Origin: an uncultured Actinomycetes bacterium
Lineage (GTDB): Bacteria > Actinomycetota > Thermoleophilia > Gaiellales > F1-60-MAGs149
Reading direction: 5' to 3'
NCBI GenBank assembly: GCA_963732645.1
Contig: CAVTAC010000008.1
Coordinates: forward strand, 251,127 to 315,126
DNA length: 64,000 nucleotides
This document shows, one piece after another, positions 52,731 to 61,926 of the stretch. A program made the translations under genes and the position numbers. The notes beneath the pieces were generated by a model. The model did no database searches and had not been told where the DNA came from. It was given only the letters and a program-made list of their open reading frames with translations. The number at the start of each line of letters is the position of its first letter. Position 1 is the stretch's first letter.

Positions 52731-53143
52731 GCGACGACGTGCGCATCGCCAGCGGCGACCTCGTGTTCGGCGCGCGCCTGGAGCGCGGCCGGGCGCCGCT
52801 CACCTGCGCGGCGTTCGAGCGCCTGCTGCCGTACGAGCAGCAGGTCATCCACGTGCGCTGGTCGGGCGAGTCGTGCTGGATCCCGCTGGGCGACCTGGAT
52901 CTCGGCGTGCCGTTCGAGGACGCCACGAGCTACCCGGCCCCGGGCGAGCTGCTCTGGTACCCGGGCGGCATCTCGGAGACGGAGATGCTCCTGCCGTACG
53001 GCAACTGCTGCTTCGCGTCGAAGGCCGGCCAGTTGGCCGGGAGCCACTTCCTGACGATCACCGAGGGCCGCGACCGTCTGCGCGAGCTCGGCGTGAAGAC
53101 GCTCTGGGAGGGCGCTCAGCCGATCCGGTTCGCGGCGGCGTGA
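52727..53143 (+). CDS. DUF3830-family (cyclophilin-like) protein, intact
   Basis: The tail of ORF 51854..53143 from GTG 52727 reads ARLERGRAPLTCAAFERLLP...VIHVRWSGESCWIPLG...GELLWYPGGISETEMLLPYG. The family call is from recalled pattern only. Confidence 0.5.
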   Translation: MSDDVRIASGDLVFGARLERGRAPLTCAAFERLLPYEQQVIHVRWSGESCWIPLGDLDLGVPFEDATSYPAPGELLWYPGGISETEMLLPYGNCCFASKAGQLAGSHFLTITEGRDRLRELGVKTLWEGAQPIRFAAA

Positions 53144-54650
53144 GGCTCGAGCGCATCGCGGCGACCTCCGAGGCGCTGCGCGCCACGCGGGCTCGCACCA
53201 CCAAGGCGGCGCTGCTGGCCGACGTCATCCGCGAGCTGCAGCCCGACGAGATCGAGGCCGGCGTCGCGTTCCTGTCGGGCGAGCTGCGCCAGCGGCAGAT
53301 CGGCGCCGGCTGGGCCTCGCTGCGCGACCTGCCGCCCGCCGCGGCCGAGCCGTCGCTGACGGTGGCCGAGGTCGACGGCGTCTTCGCCCGGATGGCGACG
53401 GCGTCGGGTCGCGGCTCGGCGACCGAGCGCCGCGCGCTGCTGACCGACCTGCTGACCCGCGCCACCGAGCCCGAGCAGCAGCTGCTCGCGGGCCTCGTGA
53501 TGGGCGAGCTGCGCCAGGGCGCGCAGGCATCGCTGGTCGCCGACGCCATCGCCGCCGCCGCGGGCGTGCGCACCCGCCGAGCTGCGCCGCGCGCTGATGC
53601 TGCGCGGCGACCTCGGCGCCGTCGCCGTCACGGCGCTCACCGAGGGCGCGCCCGGCCTGGCGCGCATCGGGCTCGTCGTCGGCCGGCCGCTGGCCCCGAT
53701 GCTGGCCTCGCCGGCCGCGTCGATCGAGGAGGCGCTCGCCACCGCACGCGCCGGCGTCGGTGGAGTGGAAGCTCGACGGAGCGCGCGTGCAGGCCCATCG
53801 CGACGGCGACGACGTCGCGCTCTTCACCCGCAGCCTCGACGACGTGACGGCCCGGTTGCCCGAGGTGGTCGAGGCGGTGCGGGCGCTCCCGGTGCGCGCG
53901 CTGGTGGCCGACGCCGAGGCGATCCTGCTGCGGCCCGACGGCCGGCCGGCGCCGTTCCAGGAGACCGCCAGCGCCTTCTCGCGCCAGTCGGGCTCGACCC
54001 TCGACGTGCTGCTGTTCGACCTGCTGCACCTGGACGGCGACGACCTGCTCGACCGCCCGCTCGCCGACCGCCGCGAGGCGCTGGAGGGCGTCGCCGGCGA
54101 CCACGCGATCACGCGGATCGTGACCGGCGACGTGGCCGCCGCGACCGCCTTCTACGACGATGCGCTGGCCCGCGGCCACGAGGGCGTGATGGTCAAGTCG
54201 CTCGACGCGACCTACGAGGCCGGACGCCGTGGGTCGGCCTGGCTCAAGGTCAAGCGCACGCACACGCTCGACCTCGTGGTGCTGGCCGTGGAGTGGGGCA
54301 GCGGCCGCCGGAAGGGGCTGCTGTCGAACCTCCACCTGGGCGCCCGCGACGAGGAGTCGGGCGGGTTCGTGATGCTCGGCAAGACGTTCAAGGGCCTCAC
54401 CGACGCGGTGCTCGCCTGGCAGACCGAGCAGCTGCTGGCGCGCGAGACGCGCCGCGAGGGCCACGTCGTGCACGTGCGGCCCGAGCTCGTCGTCGAGATC
54501 GCGTTCGACGGCATCCAGGCCAGCACGCGCTACCCCGGCGGCATGGCGCTGCGCTTCGCCCGCGTCAAGGGCTACCGGCCCGACAAGCGGCCGGACGAGG
54601 CCGACACCGTCGAGACGGTGCGCGCGATCTTCGCCGGCGGCATCGCATGA
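53140..54650 (+). CDS. ATP-dependent DNA ligase (three-domain, LigB-type). Two frame disruptions (~53575, ~53760).
   Basis: The N-terminal DNA-binding domain is in the 52873 frame. The adenylation motifs are [11 protein letters not shown] (motif I KxDG), [17 protein letters not shown] and WLKVK. The OB domain is in ORF 53760..54650. GTGA and ATGA overlaps occur at the two ends. Confidence 0.75.
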
Positions 54651-55498
54651 CCGTGGTGGAACGTCCGCGGTCGCTGGCCGAAGCCCTCGACCTGCGGGCG
54701 CGCTACGCCGACGCCGTGGCCATCGCGGGCGGCACCGACGTGATGGTCGAGGTGAACGGCGGCCGCCGCCGGCCCGAGCGCATGATCGACCTGACCGGCG
54801 TGCCCGAGCTGCTCGACTGGGAGCGCCGTGACGGCGCCGTCCGGCTCGGGGCCGGCGTGCCGTACGCGCGCCTCATCTCGGAGCTGTCCGGCCAGCTGCC
54901 GGGCCTCGCCCATGCGGCGCGCACCGTCGGCTCGCCGCAGATCCGCAACCGCGGCACGATCGGCGGCAACCTCGCCACCGCCTCGCCCGCGGGAGACGCG
55001 CTGCCGCCGCTGGTCGCGGTCGACGCGGTCATCGAGGTGGCCTCGCAGCGCGGCGGCCGCACCATCGCGATCGGCGACTTCCTGCTCGGGCCGAAGCGGA
55101 CGTCGCTGGCACCGGACGAGCTCGTCGTCGCGGTCGACATCCCCGCCGCCCGCGGCCCGCAGGTGTTCTCCAAGGTCGGTGCCCGCAACGCGATGGTGAT
55201 CGCCGTCGCCTCGTTCGCGCTCGACCTCGACCCGTCGGGACGGGTCGGCGCCGCGATCGGCTCGGCCGGCCCCACCGTGCTGCGCGCGCCCGAGGCGGAG
55301 GCGTTCCTGGCCGGTGCGCTCGCCGCCGGCGAGGTGGACGACGCCGTCGCGGCGCGGTTCGGCGAGCTGTGCGCAGCCGCCGCGCGGCCGATCGACGACC
55401 TGCGCGGCACCGCCGCCTACCGGCGTCACGCCGTCGGCGTGATGGCGCGGCGCGCGGTCACGTGGGCGATGGCCGAGATCGAGGAGGCCGACGCGTGA
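54647..55498 (+). CDS. Xanthine dehydrogenase / CO-dehydrogenase family, FAD-binding subunit, intact
   Basis: The tail of ORF 53597..55498 reads [30 protein letters not shown] and [12 protein letters not shown]. Confidence 0.85.
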   Translation: MTVVERPRSLAEALDLRARYADAVAIAGGTDVMVEVNGGRRRPERMIDLTGVPELLDWERRDGAVRLGAGVPYARLISELSGQLPGLAHAARTVGSPQIRNRGTIGGNLATASPAGDALPPLVAVDAVIEVASQRGGRTIAIGDFLLGPKRTSLAPDELVVAVDIPAARGPQVFSKVGARNAMVIAVASFALDLDPSGRVGAAIGSAGPTVLRAPEAEAFLAGALAAGEVDDAVAARFGELCAAAARPIDDLRGTAAYRRHAVGVMARRAVTWAMAEIEEADA

Positions 55499-55961
55499 AG
55501 ATCTCGCTCACCGTCAACGGCGCGCCGCGCGACGCCGAGACGCCCGACCCCTGCGAGAGCCTGCTGACGCTGCTGCGCGAGCGGCTCGACCTGCCCGGAT
55601 CCAAGGGTGCGTGCGAGCAGGGCGAGTGCGGCTCGTGCTCGGTCTACCTCGACGGCGTGCTGGTGTGCGCCTGCCTGGTCGCCGCCGGCCAGGCGGAGGG
55701 GTGCCGGGTCGTGACGGTCGAGGGCCTCGCGCCGGAGGGCGGCTCGACCCGGTGCAGGAGGCGTTCGTCGAGGCCGGCGCGATCCAGTGCGGCTTCTGCA
55801 CGCCGGGCCTCGTGATGGCCGCGCACGATCTGCTGGAGCGCACCCCGATGCCGTCGGACGGCGCCATCCGCGAGGCGCTGTCGGGCAACCTCTGCCGCTG
55901 CACCGGCTACGAGAAGATCCTCGACGCCGTCCGCATCGCCTCGGCCCGGAGGCCGGCGTGA
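55495..55961 (+). CDS. Xanthine dehydrogenase family, [2Fe-2S]-binding small subunit. One frame disruption (~55745).
   Basis: [16 protein letters not shown] (55369 frame) and [11 protein letters not shown]...GNLCRCTGY (55611..55961). Confidence 0.8.
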
Positions 55962-58120
55962 GCACGCGGACGCAGATCAAGCTCGTGCTCGGCCGCGTCG
56001 GCGAGCTGCTGGTGCGCAGCGACGCCGAGCCGAAGGTCAACGGGCAGTTCGCGTACGCCTCCGACCTGCGGGCCGAGGGCATGCTCTGGGGCGTCACCGT
56101 CCGCAGCCCGCACCCGCACGCGCGCATCCGCGGCATCGACGTGGCGGCGGCGGTGGCCACGCAGGGCGTGCACGCGGTGCTGACCAGCGCCGACGTGCCG
56201 GGCCGTCACACCTACGGCGTCGAGGTCGCCGACCAGCCCGTGCTGGCCTGGGACGAGGTGCGGTACGAGGGCGAGCCGGTCGCCGTCGTCGCCGCCGTCG
56301 ACCTCGAGACGGCGCGGCTCGCGGCCGCGAAGGTCGAGGTCGACTACGAGGTGCTGGAGCCCGTCACGGACGCCGCCGCCGGCGAGGTGCTGCGGGCGGT
56401 GTCGCATCCGCCACGGCGAGCCGGTGACGGGCGCCGACGTGGTCGTCACCGGCAGCTACGAGGTCGGCATGCAGGACCAGGCGTTCCTCGGGCCCGAGTC
56501 GGGCCTCGCGATCCCGGCCGAGGACGGCGGCGTCGACCTGCACGTCGCGACGCAGTGGCTGCACGTCGACCGCGACCAGGTCTGCGCGTCGCTCGGACTC
56601 GCGCCGGATCTCGTCCGGCTGCACCTCGCCGGCGTCGGCGGCGCGTTCGGCGGCCGCGAGGACGTGTCGATCCAGATCCACGCGTGCCTGCTCGCGCTGC
56701 GCACGAAGCGGCCCGTGAAGATGGTCTACAGCCGCGAGGAGTCGTTCTACGGCCACGTCCACCGGCACCCGGCGTGGCTGCGGTACGAGCACGGCGCCAC
56801 GCGGGAGGGCGAGCTGGTCTACGTCAAGGCCGACGTGCTGCTGGACGGCGGCGCGTACACGTCGTCGTCGCCGGGCGTGGTCTCGAACGCCGCGTGCTTC
56901 GCGGCCGGCCCGTACCGCGTGCCGAGCGCCGAGATCGACGCGCGCGTCGTGTTCACGAACAACCCGCCCTGCGGCGCGATGCGGGGGTTCGGCGCCGTCC
57001 AGGTCGCGGTCGCGCACGAGGCGCAGATGGACCGGCTGGCCGACGGCGCTCGGCATCGATCCGGTCGACCTGCGGCTGCGCAACGCGCTGCAGACGGGCG
57101 ATCGCCTGATCACGGGACAGGTGATCGACGGGCCCGCGCCGGTGCGCGAGCTGCTCGAGCGCCTGCGCGACATGCCCATCCCGCCCGACCATCCCACCAG
57201 CCCGGTCGACCTGCGCGAGCTGCCCGGCGGCATCGCCAACACCACGCACGGCGAGGACGTCGCGCGCGGCGTGGGGTACGCGATCGGCTTCAAGAACGTC
57301 GGCTTCGGCGAGGGATTCGACGACTTCTCGACCGCGCGCGTGCGCGTCTCGCTGGTCGGCGGCGAGCCGCTGGTCGAGGTGCACACGGCGGCGGCGGAGG
57401 TCGGGCAGGGGCTGGTCACCGTGCTGGAGCAGATCGCGCGCACCGAGCTCGGCTTCGAGCGCGTCGTCGTCGCTGCCGGCCGACACGACGGTCGGCTCCG
57501 CCGGCTCGTCGTCGGCGTCGCGGCAGAGCTGGATGACGGGTGGCGCCGTGCGCCTGGCCTGCGAGGCCGTGCGCGCGCGCCTGCACGAGCTGGACGAGGC
57601 GCACCCGGTGGAGGAGACGGTCGAGCACCACCACCGGCCCACCTCGCCGCTCGATCCCGAGACCGGCCAGGGCGACGCCACATGGCGCTGTGCTTCGCCG
57701 CGCACCGCGCCGTCTGCGACGTCGACACCGCGCTCGGCCTGGTGCGCGTCGTCGAGGTCGCCACCACGCAGGACGTCGGGCGGATCATGAACCTCGTGCA
57801 GTGCGAGGGGCAGGTGCAGGGCGGCATCGCGCAGGGGCTCGGGCCTCGCGCTGATGGAGGAGATCCGCGTCGTCGACGGCGTCGTCGTCGAACGCGAGCT
57901 TCACCGACTACCTGATCCCGACCATCCTCGACATGCCGCCGGTGCGGATCGAGCTGCTCGAGACGCCGCATCCCGACGCGCCGTACGGCCTGAACGGCGT
58001 CGGCGAGCCGCCCGCGATCGCCTCGACGCCGGCCATCGCCGCCGCACTGCGGGCCGCCACCGGCCGGCCCGTGACGCGGGTGCCGGTGCGGCCCGACGAC
58101 CTGCTGACGCCGGGCCGTGA
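55958..58120 (+). CDS. Xanthine dehydrogenase family, molybdopterin-binding large subunit. About 8 frame disruptions.
   Basis: KVNGQFAYASDL...VAVVAA (55787 frame), GVGGAFGGRED...NPPCGAMRGFG (56424 frame), AAAEVGQGLVTVLEQIA (57121 frame) and DAPYGLNGVGEPP (57933 frame). TGA 58118-58120 is reachable only after a terminal frame change. Confidence 0.75.
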
Positions 58121-58524
58121 CGCTGGACGAGATCAACGCGCTCGACCGCGAGGCGTTCACGGTCCGCCTCGGCCACATCGCCACGGGCTCGCCGTGGGTG
58201 GCCTACGGCGCCTGGGACTACCGGCCCTTCGGCGACCCGCTCGAGCTGGTGGCCGCGTTCCGCGGCGCCATCGCGCGGGCCGACGACGAGCGCCAGATCG
58301 CGCTCATCCACGCGCACGCGGCGGCGCCCGGCGACGCGACCGATGCCTACCGGGAGCGGTTCGGCTTCCCGTTCGTGCTCTGCACGTACCAGCAGTCGCC
58401 GGACGCGCAGCTGACCTCCTACGAGACGCGCCTCGCCCACGAGCCGGAGCTCGAGATGGCGATCGCCCTCGACGAGGTCGTGAAGATCATCCGGCTGCGG
58501 ATCGCCGACCTGCTGGCGGTCTAG
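58117..58524 (+). CDS. OHCU decarboxylase-like (2-oxo-4-hydroxy-4-carboxy-5-ureidoimidazoline decarboxylase), short form, intact
   Basis: ORF 58117..58524 gives LDEINALDREAFTVRLGHI.TGSPWVA...IALIHAH...YRERFGFPFVLC...ETRLAHEPELEMAIALDEVVKIIRLRI. Confidence 0.65.
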   Translation: MTLDEINALDREAFTVRLGHIATGSPWVAYGAWDYRPFGDPLELVAAFRGAIARADDERQIALIHAHAAAPGDATDAYRERFGFPFVLCTYQQSPDAQLTSYETRLAHEPELEMAIALDEVVKIIRLRIADLLAV

Positions 58525-58829
58525 CGGTCGCCGCGATCGCCGCGGTCGCCACGAGGGCCACCACGACGCGGCTTGTCGCCGCCTTCCTTCTCCATGATGT
58601 ACGGCAGCAGCGCGAGCTCGCGGGCGCGCTTGACCTCGCGTGCGGCGAGCGCCTGCTGGCGCCGCGACAGGCCGGTCATGGCGCGCGAACGGATCTTGCC
58701 GCGCTCGGACAGGAAGCGCTTCAGCACCTCGATGTTCGTGTAGCGGATCTCCGAATCGGCGATCTGGATCCGCTTGCGCTTCTTGGGCTTACCCGTCGCG
58801 CGCTTCGTGCGCTGTCTCATCGCTGCCAA
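58521..58829 (-). CDS. rpsR: 30S ribosomal protein S18 with an Arg/Gly/Asp-repeat C-terminal tail, intact
   Basis: ORF 58521..58829(-) gives IRYTNIEVLKRFLSERGKIRSRAMTGLSRRQQALAAREVKRARELALLPY and the tail KPRRGGPRGDRGDRGDR. The TTG start lies 7 nt after GGAGG. TAGAAT is at ~58876. Confidence 0.85.
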   Translation of the reverse strand: MAAMRQRTKRATGKPKKRKRIQIADSEIRYTNIEVLKRFLSERGKIRSRAMTGLSRRQQALAAREVKRARELALLPYIMEKEGGDKPRRGGPRGDRGDRGDR

Positions 58830-58912
58830 CTACGTGCCTCCGGAAGAAAGGTCGAGCGGGTCGCATTCTACGCGGCTCGCGCGAGCGAACGCTCCAGTTG
58901 CGCGGCCGAGGA

Positions 58913-59859
58913 TCAGGCGGCGGGAGCGCGGCGGCGCTCGAGCGCGCTGGCGTCGGGCAGCTTCACGTCCCAGATCACGTGCCAGCGCTCGAGCAGCTTC
59001 ACGACGCCGCGCCGTGAGGTCGAACTGGTGCGGCAGCAGGCCGTGGCGGGCGCTGGCCGGGAAGGCGTGGTGGTTGTTGTGCCAGCCCTCGCCGAACGTC
59101 AGCATCGCCACCGCGAGGTTGTTGCGGCTCTCGTCGCGGGTCTTGAAGTCGCGCGAGCCGAACCGGTGGCAGACCGAGTTGACGGCCCACGTGGCGTGCT
59201 GGAACAGGAAGATCCGCAGCACGGCGCCCCAGACCATGGCCTGCAGGCCGAGCTCGACCGAGCCGCCGCCGACGGCCCACCCGATCACGAACGGGATGGC
59301 GAACGTGAAGCGCGACCCAGACGAAGTAGAGGCGGTCGATCAGGCGGATCGTGGGATCCTCGAGCAGGTCGCGGCCGTAGTGCTCGCCGCGCTCCATGCC
59401 CTTCGTGCGGAACAGCCAGCCGACGTGGGCGTGCCACATGCCGAAGACGTTCGAGATCCAGGTGTCGCCGTCGTGCGTGTGCGGCGAGTGCGGGTCGCCG
59501 GGCTGGTCGGACAGCGCGTGGTGCTTGCGGTGATCGGTCACCCACTGCGTGACGGGGCCCTGCAGCGTCATCGAGCCGAGGATCGCCAGCGTGACCTTGA
59601 GCCACGGCCGCGCCTGGAACGAGCGGTGCGTGAAGTAGCGGTGGAACCCGAGCGAGATGCCGAGGCCGCAGATCACGTACATCGAGAAGAACAGCACCAG
59701 GTCGACGGGGCCGGCGGCGACGCCCCACAGCAGGCCCATTGCGAGCAGCAGGCCGAGCGGCGGGCCGGCGACGGCCGCGAACGTGATGATCCGGCTCGGC
59801 CACGACGTCCGCTCCCGCACGGTCCCGACCGGGCCGGTGCTCTCGTCCACGATGCTCAA
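58913..59859 (-). CDS. Membrane fatty-acid (acyl-CoA/acyl-lipid) desaturase. About 2 frame disruptions.
   Basis: The His boxes HRYFTH and HRKHH are in ORF 58999..60024(-). HNNHH is in ORF 58830..59288(-). The tail ...[11 protein letters not shown] is from my own translation. The TTG start is at 59859. Confidence 0.7.
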
Positions 59860-59878
59860 TGCCCACCCTCGCGTGTCT

Positions 59879-59898
59879 TCCGGAGTATCGATCCGGAG
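59879..59898. promoter_or_regulatory. Direct repeat of the self-palindromic TCCGGA(G) in the desaturase / FAD-oxidoreductase divergent region
   Basis: TCCGGAG at 59879-59885 and 59892-59898 surround ATCGAT. A possible -10 TACGTT (59946-59951) lies 5 nt before ATG 59957. Confidence 0.3.
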
Positions 59899-59956
59899 TT
59901 CGCCGTCGTGCGAATGATCCTTCGTTGACCGGCGCGATGACCCCATACGTTCCCGC

Positions 59957-61165
59957 ATGCGCATCGCGGTAGTCGGCACGGGCATCGCCGGCCTGGGTGC
60001 CGCCCATGCGCTCGATCCTCCCACGAGGTCGAGCTCTTCGAGCGCGAGCTCGCGTCGGCGGGCACACCAACACCGTCGACGTGCGCGGCGGCGAGGACCG
60101 CCTCGCGATCGACACCGGGTTCATCGTCCACAACGCCGTCAACTATCCGCGGCTGCTCGCGCTGTTCGCCGAGCTCGGCGTCGCGACGCAGGACTCCGAG
60201 ATGTCGCTCGCGGTGTCCTGCGCCGGCTGCGGCCTGGAGTTCTCGAGCCGCCGGCCGCTACCGCGCGGGCCGGCTGCTGCGGCGAGATCCTGCGGTTCCA
60301 GCGCACGGCCGAGGCGGTCATCGCCCGCGACGAGCACGCCGGGTCGACCCTCGCCCGGTTCGTCGCGTCGGAGCGGTACTCCGACCGGTTCGCGCACCAC
60401 TACCTGGTGCCGCTGTGCGCCGCCATCTGGTCGACGCCGCCCGACGCGGCGCTCGACTTCCCGGCGCGGTACGCCGTCTCGTTCCTCTCCAACCACGGCG
60501 TGCTCGGCCTGCGGCACTTCCGCTGGCGCACCGTCACCGGCGGCAGCCGCGAGTACGTGCGCGCGCTGCTGGGCCGGTTCGGCGGCAAGCTGCACCTGGA
60601 CGGCGTGCGCAGCCATCGAGCGCGACGCCGACGGCGTCACGCTGCGCACCGGCGACGGCGAGCCGCGCCGGTTCGACCGCGTGGTCGTCGCCACGCACGC
60701 CGACGAGGCGCTGGCGCTGCTGGCCGCGCCGACCGCCGAGGAGCGCCGGCTGCTCGGCGCCTTCGCGTTCACCGTCAACGAGACCGTGCTGCACACCGAC
60801 GCAGCGGTTCCTGCCGCGCCGCCGGGGCTGCGCGCGGCCTGGAACTACCAGCTCGCAACCTGCGCGCCGGAGGGTCAGCACCCCACGATGACGTACTCCA
60901 TGAACCGCCTGCAGCGCCTGTCGGAGGACGAGGAGTACTGCGTGACGCTGAACCGCGGCCGCGAGATCGACGAAGCCAGGGTCATCGCCCGCTTCGACTA
61001 CACCCACCCGCAGTACACGCTTCACCAGCCTCGCGGCGCAGTCCGAGCTGCCGACGCTGAACGGGCCGAACCACACGGCGTTCGCCGGGGCGTGGCAGGG
61101 GTTCGGCTTCCACGAGGACGGCCTGGCCTCCGGGCAGCGCGCGGCGGAGGCGATCGTCGGCATGA
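59957..61165 (+). CDS. NAD(P)/FAD-dependent oxidoreductase (amine-oxidase / phytoene-desaturase-like). About 5 frame disruptions.
   Basis: MRIAVVGTGIAGLGAAHAL, GGHTNTVDV...IDTGFIVHN..NYPRLLALFAELGV (59997 frame), RYSDRFAHHYLVPLCAAIWS...RTVTGGSREYV (59957 frame), VVVATHADEAL (59997 frame) and AGAWQGFGFHEDGLASG (61162 frame). Confidence 0.65.
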
Positions 61166-61926
61166 CGCCGCACGTGCTCTACACCGGCACCGTCATGCAC
61201 GCCCGCCGCACGCCGGCCGAGCACGTCTTCCGCTACCGCGTGGCGTACTTCGGGCTCGACGTCGACCGCCTGGACGAGCTGAACCGGCTGCAGCTGGCCG
61301 GCTACGGCCGCCGCCGGCCGGTCACGATCCGCGACGCCGACTACCTGGCCGGCGACCGCCCGCTGGCGGACGCCATCCGCGCCTACGTGCGCTCGCGCGG
61401 CCACGAGCCGCCGAGCGGCACGATCACGCTCGTCACGAGCCTGCGGCTGGCCGGCTACGTCTTCAACCCCGTCTCGTTCTGGTACCTCGCGGGCGCCGAC
61501 GGGCAGACCGAGATGGTCGTCGCCGAGGTCAACAACACGTTCGGCGAGCGGCGCCCGTACCTGCTCGAGCCCGGCAACGAGGTCGCCGGCACGCGCCTGC
61601 GCAGCCACGTCCACCCGAAGGAGCTGCACGTGTCGCCGTTCTTCGGCATGGACCAGACGTACCGCTTCTTCCTGTCCGAGCCCGGCGAGCGCCTGTACGC
61701 GCGCATCGACGTCGAGCAGGACGGCGGCCGCCCCTTCATCGCGACGCTGACCGCACACGGCCAGCCGCTCTCCGATCTCGCGCTCCTGCGCACCCTCGCC
61801 CGCAACCCGCTGCTGTCGGGCCGTGTCACCGGCCTGATCCACTGGCAAGCCGTTCGCCTCTGGCTGAAAGGAGTCCCCGTGTTCCGCAAGCCCTCGTTCA
61901 CTCCGGGCCGGGGGTCGGCCCGATGA
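61162..61926 (+). CDS. DUF1365-family protein, intact
   Basis: ORF 61162..61926 gives LYTGTVMHARRTPAEHVFRYRVAYFGLDVD...YVFNPVSFWY...AEVNNTFGERRPY...KELHVSPFF. Confidence 0.8.
   Translation: MTPHVLYTGTVMHARRTPAEHVFRYRVAYFGLDVDRLDELNRLQLAGYGRRRPVTIRDADYLAGDRPLADAIRAYVRSRGHEPPSGTITLVTSLRLAGYVFNPVSFWYLAGADGQTEMVVAEVNNTFGERRPYLLEPGNEVAGTRLRSHVHPKELHVSPFFGMDQTYRFFLSEPGERLYARIDVEQDGGRPFIATLTAHGQPLSDLALLRTLARNPLLSGRVTGLIHWQAVRLWLKGVPVFRKPSFTPGRGSAR

Noticed and set aside
58830-58912. A Zur-regulated alternative ribosomal protein interpretation for the orphan S18.
   Set aside because: There is no AT-rich Zur-box-like palindrome upstream. No partner alternative r-protein genes (rpmB2, rpmG2, rpsN2) are nearby.
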